DNA from: an uncultured Dorea sp.
GTDB taxonomy: Bacteria > Bacillota > Clostridia > Lachnospirales > Lachnospiraceae
Reading direction: 5' to 3'
Assembly: GCA_910579925.1 (NCBI GenBank)
Contig: CAJTVY010000005.1
Span: 16,948 to 80,947 of the forward strand
Length of the DNA stretch: 64,000 nucleotides
Each line of letters starts with the position of its first letter. Positions within the stretch are counted from its first letter, which is position 1. Made by a program: the position numbers and the translations under genes. The notes under the pieces were generated by a model. It was not told the origin of the DNA. It did not search any database and was given only the letters and a program-made list of their open reading frames with translations. Below, one piece after another: positions 10,677 through 19,268 of the stretch.

Positions 10677-10776
10677 ATCATCCGACTCCTTTGACAATCC
10701 GTAATGTGTGCCGCTCTATTCATATCTATGTCAAAAAAAACTGCCGCACACCATGCAACAGTCTTTTCCCCCATCC

Positions 10777-11379
10777 CTATTCGTACAACGCAACTGCCCC
10801 TGTCTCCGTTTCATTTACAACATAGTATACGGCATTCTCCTCAGGCTTAATATATAATTCTAACGACTTTATATCCTTCTCATCTCTGCCGGTATTCGTC
10901 CATGCCTTCTTGACATTGGCAATAATGTCCGGCTCGCCGATCTGTTTTCCATGATGTTCGACAATAGCGTTGATCTTAATCTCCTTCTTGGATGCTGTCC
11001 TTTTTACTGTTGTCTCTTTCTTTGCCGTCTCCCTCTTTGCCGTTGTCCTCTTCGCTGCAGTCTCCTTCTTCGGCGCTGTCTCTTTCTTTGTTGCTGCTCT
11101 CTTTGTTGTCGTCTCTTTCTTTGCTGTCGCTCTTGTTGATGTCTTCTTCTCAGGTGTCTTCTTCTCAGGCGCTTTCTTCTCTTCTTTCTTCTCTGCAACA
11201 GCCTCGACCGGCTTAACTGCAGTTTTCACTGGCTTCTCTGCTGGTTCTGCTTTCTCTGTTTCAGGCTTAACTGTATCTTTCTGGCCGACTGTAACCGAAG
11301 TCTCCTTCGCAGCCTCCTTCACAGCCTTCTCTACAGTTTTTGTTTTCTTAGTTTCAGATATTGCACTTCTCGTAGCCAT
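10777..11379 (-). CDS. Lys/Thr/Glu-rich low-complexity protein with a small globular C-terminal domain
   Basis: 200 aa with imperfect repeats of the type AKKETT.KR.A.KKE, then a structured tail INAIVEHHGKQI..ELYIKPEENAVYYVVNETETG. It has a good RBS (GGAGGAAATAAA-ATG). Confidence 0.75.
   Translation of the reverse strand: MATRSAISETKKTKTVEKAVKEAAKETSVTVGQKDTVKPETEKAEPAEKPVKTAVKPVEAVAEKKEEKKAPEKKTPEKKTSTRATAKKETTTKRAATKKETAPKKETAAKRTTAKRETAKKETTVKRTASKKEIKINAIVEHHGKQIGEPDIIANVKKAWTNTGRDEKDIKSLELYIKPEENAVYYVVNETETGAVALYE
10975..11215. repeat. Imperfect short tandem/low-complexity DNA repeats encoding the K/T/E-rich tract
   Basis: Recurrent GTCTC(T/C)TTCTTTG(C/T)(C/T)G-type units on the plus strand. 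They generate several long spurious antisense and alternate-frame ORFs (10951-11497). Confidence 0.7.
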
Positions 11380-11489
11380 TTTATTTCCTCCTATTTCTCC
11401 TAAGCCTCGTCACCGAGTCGTGAATATTATAACACATTCTTCCAGAAATGCAATCAGAATCGTACTCCCGTTATGTTTTCGTAAATATT

Positions 11490-12332
11490 TCACATAAGAA
11501 TTTGAAGAAAAATCCCCGACGTCACAGCAATCACAAACAAAATCCCTATCACTCTTGCGCTTTCCCGCCGATCTTGGTTGACCTTGCACAATACAATGAG
11601 TCCCACTCCTGCTCCCGTGCACAATCCTGCGATCACGGAAGGGAAGGAAACGACTCCTCCAATATATAACTGTGTCAGAATTACAGATGCCGCACAGTTT
11701 GGGATCAGCCCGATTGCGGCTGCAATCACAGGCTGAAAAATAGTGTCGCCCAGAAGAAACTCTGATAAGCGGCTGATTCCAAACGCCTCCACACAAAGAT
11801 TCACTACCCCGGTAAACACAAACAGATAGACAAATATCCTTGCCGTGTGATCCAATGCCGACCAGATCATTCCCTTTTCTTCATCATGGTCTTCCCTTTC
11901 CCTGCACTGTCTTTCGCCTTCTCTTGGAACGGAAATCTTGTCTTTCAGCAGAAGATCCACCAGATATCCAAAAAACACTGCGATCACCATCTTCGCCGCC
12001 ACCAGAGGACCGATGGCGGCAGCCGCCCCAGGAGTCCCCAGCATAATCAGGATCGCTTCATCAGAGGTTGCGATAAAAACGGATAACAGCGTCCCTACCG
12101 ATATAACCCCTCCTGCGTAAAGATTCGCAGCCATGACAGAAAAACCACACTGCGGGATACATCCCAGCAACGCGCCTGCCACAGGCCCCGCTTTTCCAAC
12201 TTTCCGAAGTATCTTTTCCGTAAATGCGCCAGAATATCGTTCCAACGCCTCAATAAGCACAAACGCCAGAAACAGATACGGCAGCATCTTCAGACTGTCT
12301 ATACTGGTATCCGCAAGAATATCTCCTATCAT
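11490..12332 (-). CDS. Putative 10-TM metal/metalloid permease (ArsP_2-like 'putative manganese/arsenic efflux' family)
   Basis: LPYLFLAFVLIEALE..GALLGCIPQCGFSVMAANLY and a second repeat half with GLIPNCAASVILTQLY. This is an internally duplicated fold with paired Cys motifs. The family name is from memory. Confidence 0.65.
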   Translation of the reverse strand: MIGDILADTSIDSLKMLPYLFLAFVLIEALERYSGAFTEKILRKVGKAGPVAGALLGCIPQCGFSVMAANLYAGGVISVGTLLSVFIATSDEAILIMLGTPGAAAAIGPLVAAKMVIAVFFGYLVDLLLKDKISVPREGERQCREREDHDEEKGMIWSALDHTARIFVYLFVFTGVVNLCVEAFGISRLSEFLLGDTIFQPVIAAAIGLIPNCAASVILTQLYIGGVVSFPSVIAGLCTGAGVGLIVLCKVNQDRRESARVIGILFVIAVTSGIFLQILM

Positions 12333-12338
12333 CTACAT

Positions 12339-12959
12339 TCATTCTCCCCGATACATCATCTCAAGCACATGGGCGGTCCCTTCAAGACCAAGCCGGCCGG
12401 CGTTCAGAAGAATCTGATGAGATAATGCACTGCCCCACTCAAGACCGGTGTGGGACTCATAATAATACTTTCGTTCACGGTCAATTCTTTTAATCTTATC
12501 TGCCGCCTTCTTCTCAGACATGTCATATCTGTCTGCAATCCTTCTGATACGATCCTCAAGATCCGCACAGATAAAGACATCCAGACAATTTGGATCATCT
12601 TTCAGAATGTAACCGGCACACCTTCCTACAATAACGCACGGTCCTCTCTCTCTGAGTTTACGGATGATCTCAGTCTGCAGCTCATATACCTGTTCATTCA
12701 GCGGCTGGGTATATTCTTCTGACCGTATGGAATCCCGGTACTCCATCGGTGCAATCACATATCCTGTAAGAAAACTGTTCAGCGTTGTCTCATCAACTGC
12801 TCTCGCCGTCTCCTCCCGGATATCAAGCTTCTCTGCCGCCATCCTCACCAGATTGTTATCATAAAGCGGAATATCAAGTCTGGTTGCAAGTATATTGCCG
12901 ATCTGGTGTCCTCCGCTTCCGAACTGGCGTCCAATGGTAATAATCTTATGTACTGCCAT
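12339..12959 (-). CDS. Cytidylate kinase-like family protein (P-loop)
   Basis: ITIGRQFGSGGHQIGNILATRLDIPLYDNNL is typical of the Cytidylate_kin2-type proteins common in Clostridia. Confidence 0.75.
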   Translation of the reverse strand: MAVHKIITIGRQFGSGGHQIGNILATRLDIPLYDNNLVRMAAEKLDIREETARAVDETTLNSFLTGYVIAPMEYRDSIRSEEYTQPLNEQVYELQTEIIRKLRERGPCVIVGRCAGYILKDDPNCLDVFICADLEDRIRRIADRYDMSEKKAADKIKRIDRERKYYYESHTGLEWGSALSHQILLNAGRLGLEGTAHVLEMMYRGE

Positions 12960-13044
12960 ATGTTTTCCTCCCTTCCGGTATAAAGTTTCCTTATCATCAT
13001 TATACCTCAGATACGGGAAAAAATACCAGTAAAATGTAGCAATT

Positions 13045-13557
13045 CTACCTAACTTCTATCAGAAACCCTTTGTCCTTCAACACATCTTCTATCATGTTCA
13101 GAGTTTCTTCTTTATCTGCAAGAATCTTATGATAATGGTAATTGGAGGTGATATTTTTAAGCGGACTGGATTTGCCGCTCTGAATATCTTCTATGAACTC
13201 AGCTACCATCCTGCGGGAATCAATATTCAGTTCTGCCTCTATATGGCCGTACACTCGATGGTTGACCATGACGTTTTTAACCATTCCCCCAAGATCAACG
13301 ATGGCACAGAGTTCCTCATAAAGCTGCTCATCCGTATGCCGCACCTTGAACACTCTGCTTACCGACTTCACCGTATTCAGAATATAGCCTCTGTTCGTGG
13401 ATATGATATCATAACCCGCCGCACGCAAAAGAGCAATATCCTGCACGATCACCTGCCTGCTCACATGGTAAATGGCGGCCAGCTTCGATCCTGACAGCGG
13501 AATTCCGCTCTTTTGAACTCTCTGAATGATTTCTTCTCTTCTGTCCGAACCAGTCAT
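13045..13557 (-). CDS. niaR: NAD-biosynthesis transcriptional repressor NiaR (HTH + 3H domain)
   Basis: RREEIIQRVQKSGIPLSGSKLAAIYHVSRQVIVQDIALLRAAGYDIISTNRGY plus a His-rich 3H C-terminal domain. It follows nadABC. The start is ATG 13557, after GGAGGAGG. Confidence 0.85.
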   Translation of the reverse strand: MTGSDRREEIIQRVQKSGIPLSGSKLAAIYHVSRQVIVQDIALLRAAGYDIISTNRGYILNTVKSVSRVFKVRHTDEQLYEELCAIVDLGGMVKNVMVNHRVYGHIEAELNIDSRRMVAEFIEDIQSGKSSPLKNITSNYHYHKILADKEETLNMIEDVLKDKGFLIEVR

Positions 13558-13598
13558 ACTGTTCCCCTCCTCCAAGGATCCTGCATTTCCAATTATCA

Positions 13599-14453
13599 TC
13601 ATGCCAATGCATGAAGATTCTTTAAGGAAATATCCAGTATGGGTGCGGAATGGGTCAATGCCCCGCTGGAAATGTAATCTACCCCCAGGGATACCAGCCT
13701 TCCGATATTTTCTTTCGTCACATTCCCCGAACATTCCGTCTCGGCGCGCCCGTCGATCAGACGGATCGCTTCTCGCATCTCTTCCGTAGACATATTATCC
13801 AGCATTATGATGTCCGCTCCCGCTTCAACCGCTTCCTTTACCATATCGAGATTCTCTACCTCAACTTCAATCTTCCTTACAAAAGGCGCATATTCCTTCG
13901 CCATGCAAACTGCTTTCGCAACACTTCCCGCAGCACCGATATGATTGTCCTTCAGCAGCACGCCGTCTGACAGATTATACCTGTGATTGTATCCTCCGCC
14001 CACACGAACCGCATATTTTTCAAATATCCGCATATTCGGCGTCGTCTTTCTGGTGTCCAGAAGCTTCGTCCGGCTTCCTGCAAGAAGCGACGCAACCGAA
14101 TGCGTATACGTTGCGATTCCGCTCATGCGCTGCAGATAATTCAGAGCGACCCGTTCTCCCGATAAGAGCGCCCGGATATCCCCCTTCACCTTTCCCATCA
14201 TCTGGCCGTTACTGACTTTGTCTCCGTCTTTACAGTAAAATTCCACCTCCACAGTCTCATCCAGAAGCTGAAATACCCTCTCAAACACCTCAAGTCCGGC
14301 AATAATTCCGTCCTGTTTACAGATAAGGTCCACTTCTCCTGCTACGGCCTCTTTCATGACAGAATTTGTAGTTACATCCTCACTGGAAATATCCTCTTTT
14401 AGCGCCTCCAGGATTAACTGATCTGCCTGAAGGGTCATCGTAATCTTATTCAT
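13599..14453 (-). CDS. nadC: Nicotinate-nucleotide pyrophosphorylase (quinolinate phosphoribosyltransferase)
   Basis: LLDTRKTTPNMRIFEKYAVRVGGGYNHRYNLSDGVLLKDNH..IMLDNM. Confidence 0.95.
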   Translation of the reverse strand: MNKITMTLQADQLILEALKEDISSEDVTTNSVMKEAVAGEVDLICKQDGIIAGLEVFERVFQLLDETVEVEFYCKDGDKVSNGQMMGKVKGDIRALLSGERVALNYLQRMSGIATYTHSVASLLAGSRTKLLDTRKTTPNMRIFEKYAVRVGGGYNHRYNLSDGVLLKDNHIGAAGSVAKAVCMAKEYAPFVRKIEVEVENLDMVKEAVEAGADIIMLDNMSTEEMREAIRLIDGRAETECSGNVTKENIGRLVSLGVDYISSGALTHSAPILDISLKNLHALA

Positions 14454-14457
14454 ATCC

Positions 14458-15702
14458 TTATTGTTCTCCTTTCATATTATCTCTGTCAGAAATAATTTTC
14501 TGTGCAGCACGCCTTGCAAATACCAGGCTTTCCAACAACGAATTACTAGCCAGACGATTGGCGCCATGGACACCGTTACAACTGGTCTCTCCCACGGCGT
14601 ACAGACTGGCCATGGACGTGCGGCTGTCCGAATCCACCCAGATCCCGCCCATGAAATAATGCTGTGCCGGAACCACCGGTATCCATTCTTTCAGCACATC
14701 GTATCCTTCTTCCAGACAATGCTGATAGATATTAGGAAAATGCTTCAGAATCTTCTCTCTTGGAATCGGCTCTAAAGAAAGCCACACATGATCTGTACCC
14801 TCTTCCTCCATCTGTCTATGGATCGCTTTCGTAACCACATCCCTTGGAAGCAGTTCATCTACAAACCTTTCTTTTTTCTCATTATATAATACTGCGCCTT
14901 CTCCCCGCACAGATTCTGAAATCAGGAATCTACGTCCTGGTTTTTTCGAATAAAGCGTCGTAGGATGTATCTGCACATAATCCAGATTCTCCAGGCGTAT
15001 CCCATGATTCTTCGCTATCTCTACCCCGTCTCCCGTCAAATGCGGATAATTCGTGGAATGCTGGTATTTTCCTCCGATCCCGCCGGTTGCCAGGATCGTA
15101 TTTTCTGCATAGATCCGGTATTGCTTTCTGACGCATTCTTTCTTAGCAGCGTTTCTCAAATCTTTTTCATCGACATCCTGCCAGACGTCCCGTACATCCT
15201 CTGCCAGAATTCCCGTACATACACCGTCTTCTTCAATAATATCCGTCATCGAGACATATTCGTAGAACGCTACGTTAGGAAGTTCTCTCACCCGCTCCAG
15301 CAAGGTACTGGTAATCTCTTTCCCGGTAATATCCTCATGAAACAGAATCCGCGGCCTCGAGTGCGCTCCTTCCCTGGTATAAGTAAATTCTCCGTTCTCC
15401 TTCTCAAAACGGACTCCGTATTCCACCAGATCCTCTATGACTGTTCTGGATCCCCGGATCATAATATCCACCGATTCCTTCCGATTCTCATAATGCCCCG
15501 CCCGCATGGTGTCCTCAAAATAACCGTCATAGTCGTCCTCATCTCTCTGTACACAGATCCCTCCCTGGGCAAGGAACGAATCGCTGCTTTCGGCATCTGA
15601 TTTCGTAATCATGACAATCTTCAAATCTCTCGGAAGCTTCAGAGCGCTATAAAGGCCCGCCACCCCGCATCCTACTATTACAACATCTGTATGTATCTCC
15701 AT
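14458..15702 (-). CDS. nadB: L-aspartate oxidase
   Basis: FAD motif DVVIVGCGVAGLYSAL, plus SFLAQGGI and LYAVGETSCNGVHGANRLASNSLLE. Confidence 0.95.
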   Translation of the reverse strand: MEIHTDVVIVGCGVAGLYSALKLPRDLKIVMITKSDAESSDSFLAQGGICVQRDEDDYDGYFEDTMRAGHYENRKESVDIMIRGSRTVIEDLVEYGVRFEKENGEFTYTREGAHSRPRILFHEDITGKEITSTLLERVRELPNVAFYEYVSMTDIIEEDGVCTGILAEDVRDVWQDVDEKDLRNAAKKECVRKQYRIYAENTILATGGIGGKYQHSTNYPHLTGDGVEIAKNHGIRLENLDYVQIHPTTLYSKKPGRRFLISESVRGEGAVLYNEKKERFVDELLPRDVVTKAIHRQMEEEGTDHVWLSLEPIPREKILKHFPNIYQHCLEEGYDVLKEWIPVVPAQHYFMGGIWVDSDSRTSMASLYAVGETSCNGVHGANRLASNSLLESLVFARRAAQKIISDRDNMKGEQ

Positions 15703-15762
15703 TATCTTTTATCCTCCGCTGGGGAACCGCCGCAGACCGGCATTTCAACTATTTACAGATCC

Positions 15763-16668
15763 CTACCGTGCAAGTTCCAGCATTCTCTGAAGCGGTCTTA
15801 CTGATTCTGCACGGAGTTCCTCTGTTACCTGGATTTCATTTTCACCATTTTTCAGTACATCCCTTATCTTCTCAAGGGTAACTTTCTTCATGTCATGACA
15901 GACAGGCTTTGTTGCCGTAAAATAGAACTTCTTCCCAGGATTCTGCTTTTCAAGTTCAGATCGTACGCCGGTTTCCGTACATATGATAAATTCCATACAC
16001 TCACTCTTTCCTGCATACGCAATAATTCCCGATGTGCTGCCAATATAATCCGACATCTCCCTCACTGCCTGGGGACATTCCGGATGGGTCAGGATCTTTG
16101 CCTGCGGATGCAGTTCCTTTTCTTTAAGAATCTCCTGTACCTGTATCTCCTCGTGAACCGGACAGTAGCCTTGATTATATACAAAATGCTTCTCCGGCAC
16201 CTGCTCTGCTACAAAATGCGCCAGATTCCTGTCCGGTATGAAGAAAATGTTCTGGTTCGGCAGCGCTTTCACAATCTTTACTGCATTTGCAGATGTGACG
16301 CAGACATCCGAATGCCTCTTTAGTTCGGCTGTGGAATTGATATAGCAGACTACCGCCAGATCTTCATACTCATTTCGCATCCGCCGGATCGTTTCTTCAT
16401 CTGCCATATGAGCCATAGCACAATCCGCCGTCGTGTCCGGCATTAGGACGGTCTTGCCCGGATTCAGTATTTTGGCGCTCTCTCCCATGAAAGAAACTCC
16501 GCAAAAGACAATCGTCTGCTCTTTTAAATCTACCGCCGCCTTGCTAAGATAGTAGGAATCTCCAATATAATCTGCAATCTCCTGGATCTCAGAATTTACA
16601 TAATAGTGCGCCAGAATTACCGCATTTTTCTCCTTCTTCAACTCCTGGATTTCTTCTGTAATATTCAT
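15763..16668 (-). CDS. nadA: Quinolinate synthase
   Basis: AVILAHYYVNSEIQEIADYIGDSYYLS..HPECP.. The track start is TTG 16692. ATG 16668 (MNITEE) follows AAGGAGA with a 9-nt spacer. Confidence 0.95.
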   Translation of the reverse strand: MNITEEIQELKKEKNAVILAHYYVNSEIQEIADYIGDSYYLSKAAVDLKEQTIVFCGVSFMGESAKILNPGKTVLMPDTTADCAMAHMADEETIRRMRNEYEDLAVVCYINSTAELKRHSDVCVTSANAVKIVKALPNQNIFFIPDRNLAHFVAEQVPEKHFVYNQGYCPVHEEIQVQEILKEKELHPQAKILTHPECPQAVREMSDYIGSTSGIIAYAGKSECMEFIICTETGVRSELEKQNPGKKFYFTATKPVCHDMKKVTLEKIRDVLKNGENEIQVTEELRAESVRPLQRMLELAR

Positions 16669-16700
16669 GAGTGTTCGTCTCCTTTTTTTCAAACTTGTAC

Positions 16701-16729
16701 TATTATATCATTGTATGGTACATATGACA
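16701..16729 (-). promoter_or_regulatory. Candidate sigma-A promoter of nadABC-niaR
   Basis: On the minus strand: -35 TTGTCA (16724-16729), a 17-nt spacer, and an extended -10 TGATATAAT (-10 hexamer at 16701-16706). The -35 sits inside CATATGTCTTGTCATATG, a possible NiaR operator that I could not verify. Confidence 0.6.
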
Positions 16730-16741
16730 AGACATATGAAT

Positions 16742-16996
16742 TTACAAAAACAAGTTTACATCTTCCTGAAATTCTCTCTTTTTCATGCATAAGTCATTCA
16801 GAAGGCCCTGCTGTTCCTCAAGAAGCCCCAGAATCTCCCAGTCGGCATCCGGGCAATTTTCATACATAAATTCAAGCCTTTGGTAATATTCATTGATCTC
16901 CATGTCCTCCTCTTCCTCTCTGCTGCGAATCTGCTTATTCATTTGTCTTAATTTTTCCGCCTTTTGGGAGATTATCTTCCTATCAATTCCAACCAT
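16742..16996 (-). CDS. Small (84 aa) acidic helical protein, last gene of the T7SS operon
   Basis: MVGIDRKIISQKAEKLRQMNKQIRSREEEEDMEINEYYQRLEFMYENCPDADWEILGLL.. The RBS GAGGAG lies 6 nt before ATG 16996 and starts immediately after the upstream stop codon. No family was recognised. Confidence 0.6.
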   Translation of the reverse strand: MVGIDRKIISQKAEKLRQMNKQIRSREEEEDMEINEYYQRLEFMYENCPDADWEILGLLEEQQGLLNDLCMKKREFQEDVNLFL

Positions 16997-17007
16997 CAAA
17001 TTCTCCT

Positions 17008-17799
17008 CTATTCTATTAATAGATATACTTCCATCCCCAGGATCTCTGAGTATTCTTTTTCTTTTCGTGTTTTAACTTTTTCAAGATATTCGCATTTTTC
17101 CCTCATGCGGTCATTCGGAAGCAGATTTCCCGCCCTGTCATATTCCATAGCGTTTGCAATCTCCAGCACCAGTGCATGGCTGGGTATCTCTGGTCTTCCC
17201 CCCTTAGTTCCTGCATAACAGAATCGGCCTGGGTCTTCCTGGTCTACTGAATTTCTGACTCTGATCACTTCTTGATACGTCTCCTTTACAAGATCTTTTA
17301 GTTCGTCTGTCACAGTCTCATCGCCTGTTTCCAGATGTTGTTCCAGAATGCTTAACTGTCCCTTCTTCAGGTATTCGATATAGAGATTATTTCTCAAGAA
17401 GATATATTCCAGTCCCATAGTAGATTCCCTCTCATACAGGTTCTGATCTTCTGGCTTCGGACAGGCAAATCCCAGACTGCAGTTCCTTAATTCCTCATCC
17501 AGCCGCTTAAGGTCAAGCATTTCCAGCAGATACGCATCAAGATTTGCCCTGTAGACCGCCTGCATACACAGGTAACGGTAACTAAGACGCCCCCGGCCTC
17601 CTCCTTTTAGCAGTCCCTTCTCTTTACACAGTTCATGGTTATAGCGATAGATATACGGATTCTCTGAAATCTCCTCTGCCGATGGGACTTTTAGTCTGTC
17701 CGCAAGCGCATATTCACCCATAGTTTCCTCCTCTGACTTCATAAAATACCCAGTCGTTCCTGCTGCAAGAACCAGCAGAAATACAACATACTTTTTCAT
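17008..17799 (-). CDS. Exported or membrane-anchored protein, candidate immunity protein for the adjacent LXG toxin
   Basis: MKKYVVFLLVLAAGTTGYF is a signal peptide or signal anchor without a lipobox Cys. The rest is a ~240-aa soluble domain. It lies immediately downstream of the toxin. An alternative GTG start at 17820 gives a GTGA overlap with the toxin stop. Confidence 0.6.
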   Translation of the reverse strand: MKKYVVFLLVLAAGTTGYFMKSEEETMGEYALADRLKVPSAEEISENPYIYRYNHELCKEKGLLKGGGRGRLSYRYLCMQAVYRANLDAYLLEMLDLKRLDEELRNCSLGFACPKPEDQNLYERESTMGLEYIFLRNNLYIEYLKKGQLSILEQHLETGDETVTDELKDLVKETYQEVIRVRNSVDQEDPGRFCYAGTKGGRPEIPSHALVLEIANAMEYDRAGNLLPNDRMREKCEYLEKVKTRKEKEYSEILGMEVYLLIE

Positions 17800-17816
17800 C
17801 TCATTCCTCACTTGGC

Positions 17817-19256
17817 TCACTGAAACCTTACAGACTGAATCTTTACATATGCATCCCCGGCATGATTCTTCTCAGGTTCCCGATAATCAGAATCCTGTGG
17901 CCTGATATAATAAATACGCCCCCAGGACGACACCTGCACCAGCCCGTCTTCCGTAAGCCCGGTCACTGCCATGGCATGCCCGCCGTCCATCTGGGCAAGT
18001 TCACCTTCTTCATCCGCAAGTCTTACCGGACAGGTACTGATAATCACACGGTTTCCTCGCTGCGCTTCTTCTTTGCATCTGCCGTATACCTCGTCCGTAC
18101 TGCATTTGATGTTCGTCATACTTACGTCAATGCCGCGCTTTTCCATATACCGCTCAAAACGGTAAATCCTGTCATCCTGCGTTGTTCCGCGACCGATTGT
18201 CGACGAAAAATCTTCATTCTCGTCATAGTCATCCTGCTCTGGCCACTGGTTCCATGCCCTGTTGTGATTATCGCTGGCACAATAGAGATCGATGATAAGA
18301 GGGTTATAGTTGACACATAGAATACCGTTCGCACTTTCCAGAAAGAGAGGAAATCCAAAAATTTTCTCGAATTCTTCTTCCTTTCTTCTATATTCATCTA
18401 CAATTATATTCGCAAAGGCCACGTACCCGCAGCCCTCGCTGTTGAGTTTTATTAAAAGTTTTTCAATCTGTTCATCAGAATAGCCGGCGTATTCTTCATA
18501 ACTAAGAACCAGATCTCTGATCATTTCCCGTTCTGATGAACTTCCTTTCCTCCACATTTCACAGGGTCCGTTCTGATCCCCGCCTTGATCCTGATACCCT
18601 ATTGCCAGATGAATTCCGGCATTTTTAAGTTGGCGTCTCCACTCCTGTCCAGGGTCTGACAGATAGGAACCGTTTTGAAACGCACCCGTAATCTTTCGCA
18701 TTCCCGTCTGGATCAGCAGCCCCATATCCTCCGTCGCTTTAAACAAATGCCCTGTATCTGCGGCGATTTCATCAAACTTTTGCGTCTTTTCTCTCCAACG
18801 CTCATACATCCTCTGGCTGTTCTCTGCCAGACGTTCATACTGTCCTGCTTTCCATCGATAATAGGAATAAAGAAAAGCATCCTCTGCCGCTGTCATATAG
18901 TTTCTGTACATGGTCTCGCCGGACTGATAATTCTTCTTCATGTTCTGTGCGTTCTCCATCTGGCAATAGATATTTTCCCCATCCAGAACCTCGTCTCCCA
19001 CGAGGCTGCTTAAACTCTGGAAGTCAGCCCTGTCAGCCACATTGGCGATCCGCATTGCTTCGATTACAGTCTCATAGTCCTCGAGCTGCTGCGCCAGCCC
19101 ATCGAAAGCTTCACTTTCAATCTCTTTATCTTCTGCAAAATCTGCAATACTCCTGACGACAGTCTCCAAAGCCCGGCAGTCCTCCTCCATACGTTTCAAG
19201 GCTTGTGCACACTGCCCCCTCATATCTGCCGGATTCAGATAATCGCCTCTCTGCAT
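17817..19256 (-). CDS. LXG-like T7SS polymorphic toxin with a papain-fold Cys/His C-terminal domain
   Basis: The N-terminal ~200 aa are helical and LXG-like (..ESEAFDGLAQQLEDYETVI..). The C-terminal domain has NSEGC276GYVAFANI (codon 18429-18431) and DGGH427AMAVTG..VQVSSWG (codon 17976-17978), which resemble papain CGSCWAF / HAV.VGY / NSWG. It sits directly after essC and a small helper gene. Confidence 0.7.
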   Translation of the reverse strand: MQRGDYLNPADMRGQCAQALKRMEEDCRALETVVRSIADFAEDKEIESEAFDGLAQQLEDYETVIEAMRIANVADRADFQSLSSLVGDEVLDGENIYCQMENAQNMKKNYQSGETMYRNYMTAAEDAFLYSYYRWKAGQYERLAENSQRMYERWREKTQKFDEIAADTGHLFKATEDMGLLIQTGMRKITGAFQNGSYLSDPGQEWRRQLKNAGIHLAIGYQDQGGDQNGPCEMWRKGSSSEREMIRDLVLSYEEYAGYSDEQIEKLLIKLNSEGCGYVAFANIIVDEYRRKEEEFEKIFGFPLFLESANGILCVNYNPLIIDLYCASDNHNRAWNQWPEQDDYDENEDFSSTIGRGTTQDDRIYRFERYMEKRGIDVSMTNIKCSTDEVYGRCKEEAQRGNRVIISTCPVRLADEEGELAQMDGGHAMAVTGLTEDGLVQVSSWGRIYYIRPQDSDYREPEKNHAGDAYVKIQSVRFQ

Positions 19257-19268
19257 AAGATACGCCTC

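Noticed and set aside
10951-11497. Four overlapping ORFs (62-175 aa, both strands) rich in L/S/F/C or R/Q/K, overlapping the K-rich protein gene.
   Set aside because: They are low-complexity translations of the same repeat DNA in other frames. They have no RBS, whereas the minus-strand 200-aa ORF has a good RBS and an ordered C-terminal domain.
16701-16745. Calling CATATGTCTTGTCATATG at the nadA promoter a NiaR operator feature.
   Set aside because: I cannot reproduce the published NiaR consensus from memory well enough to score it, and the sequence is not a clean palindrome. I mention it only as a possibility.
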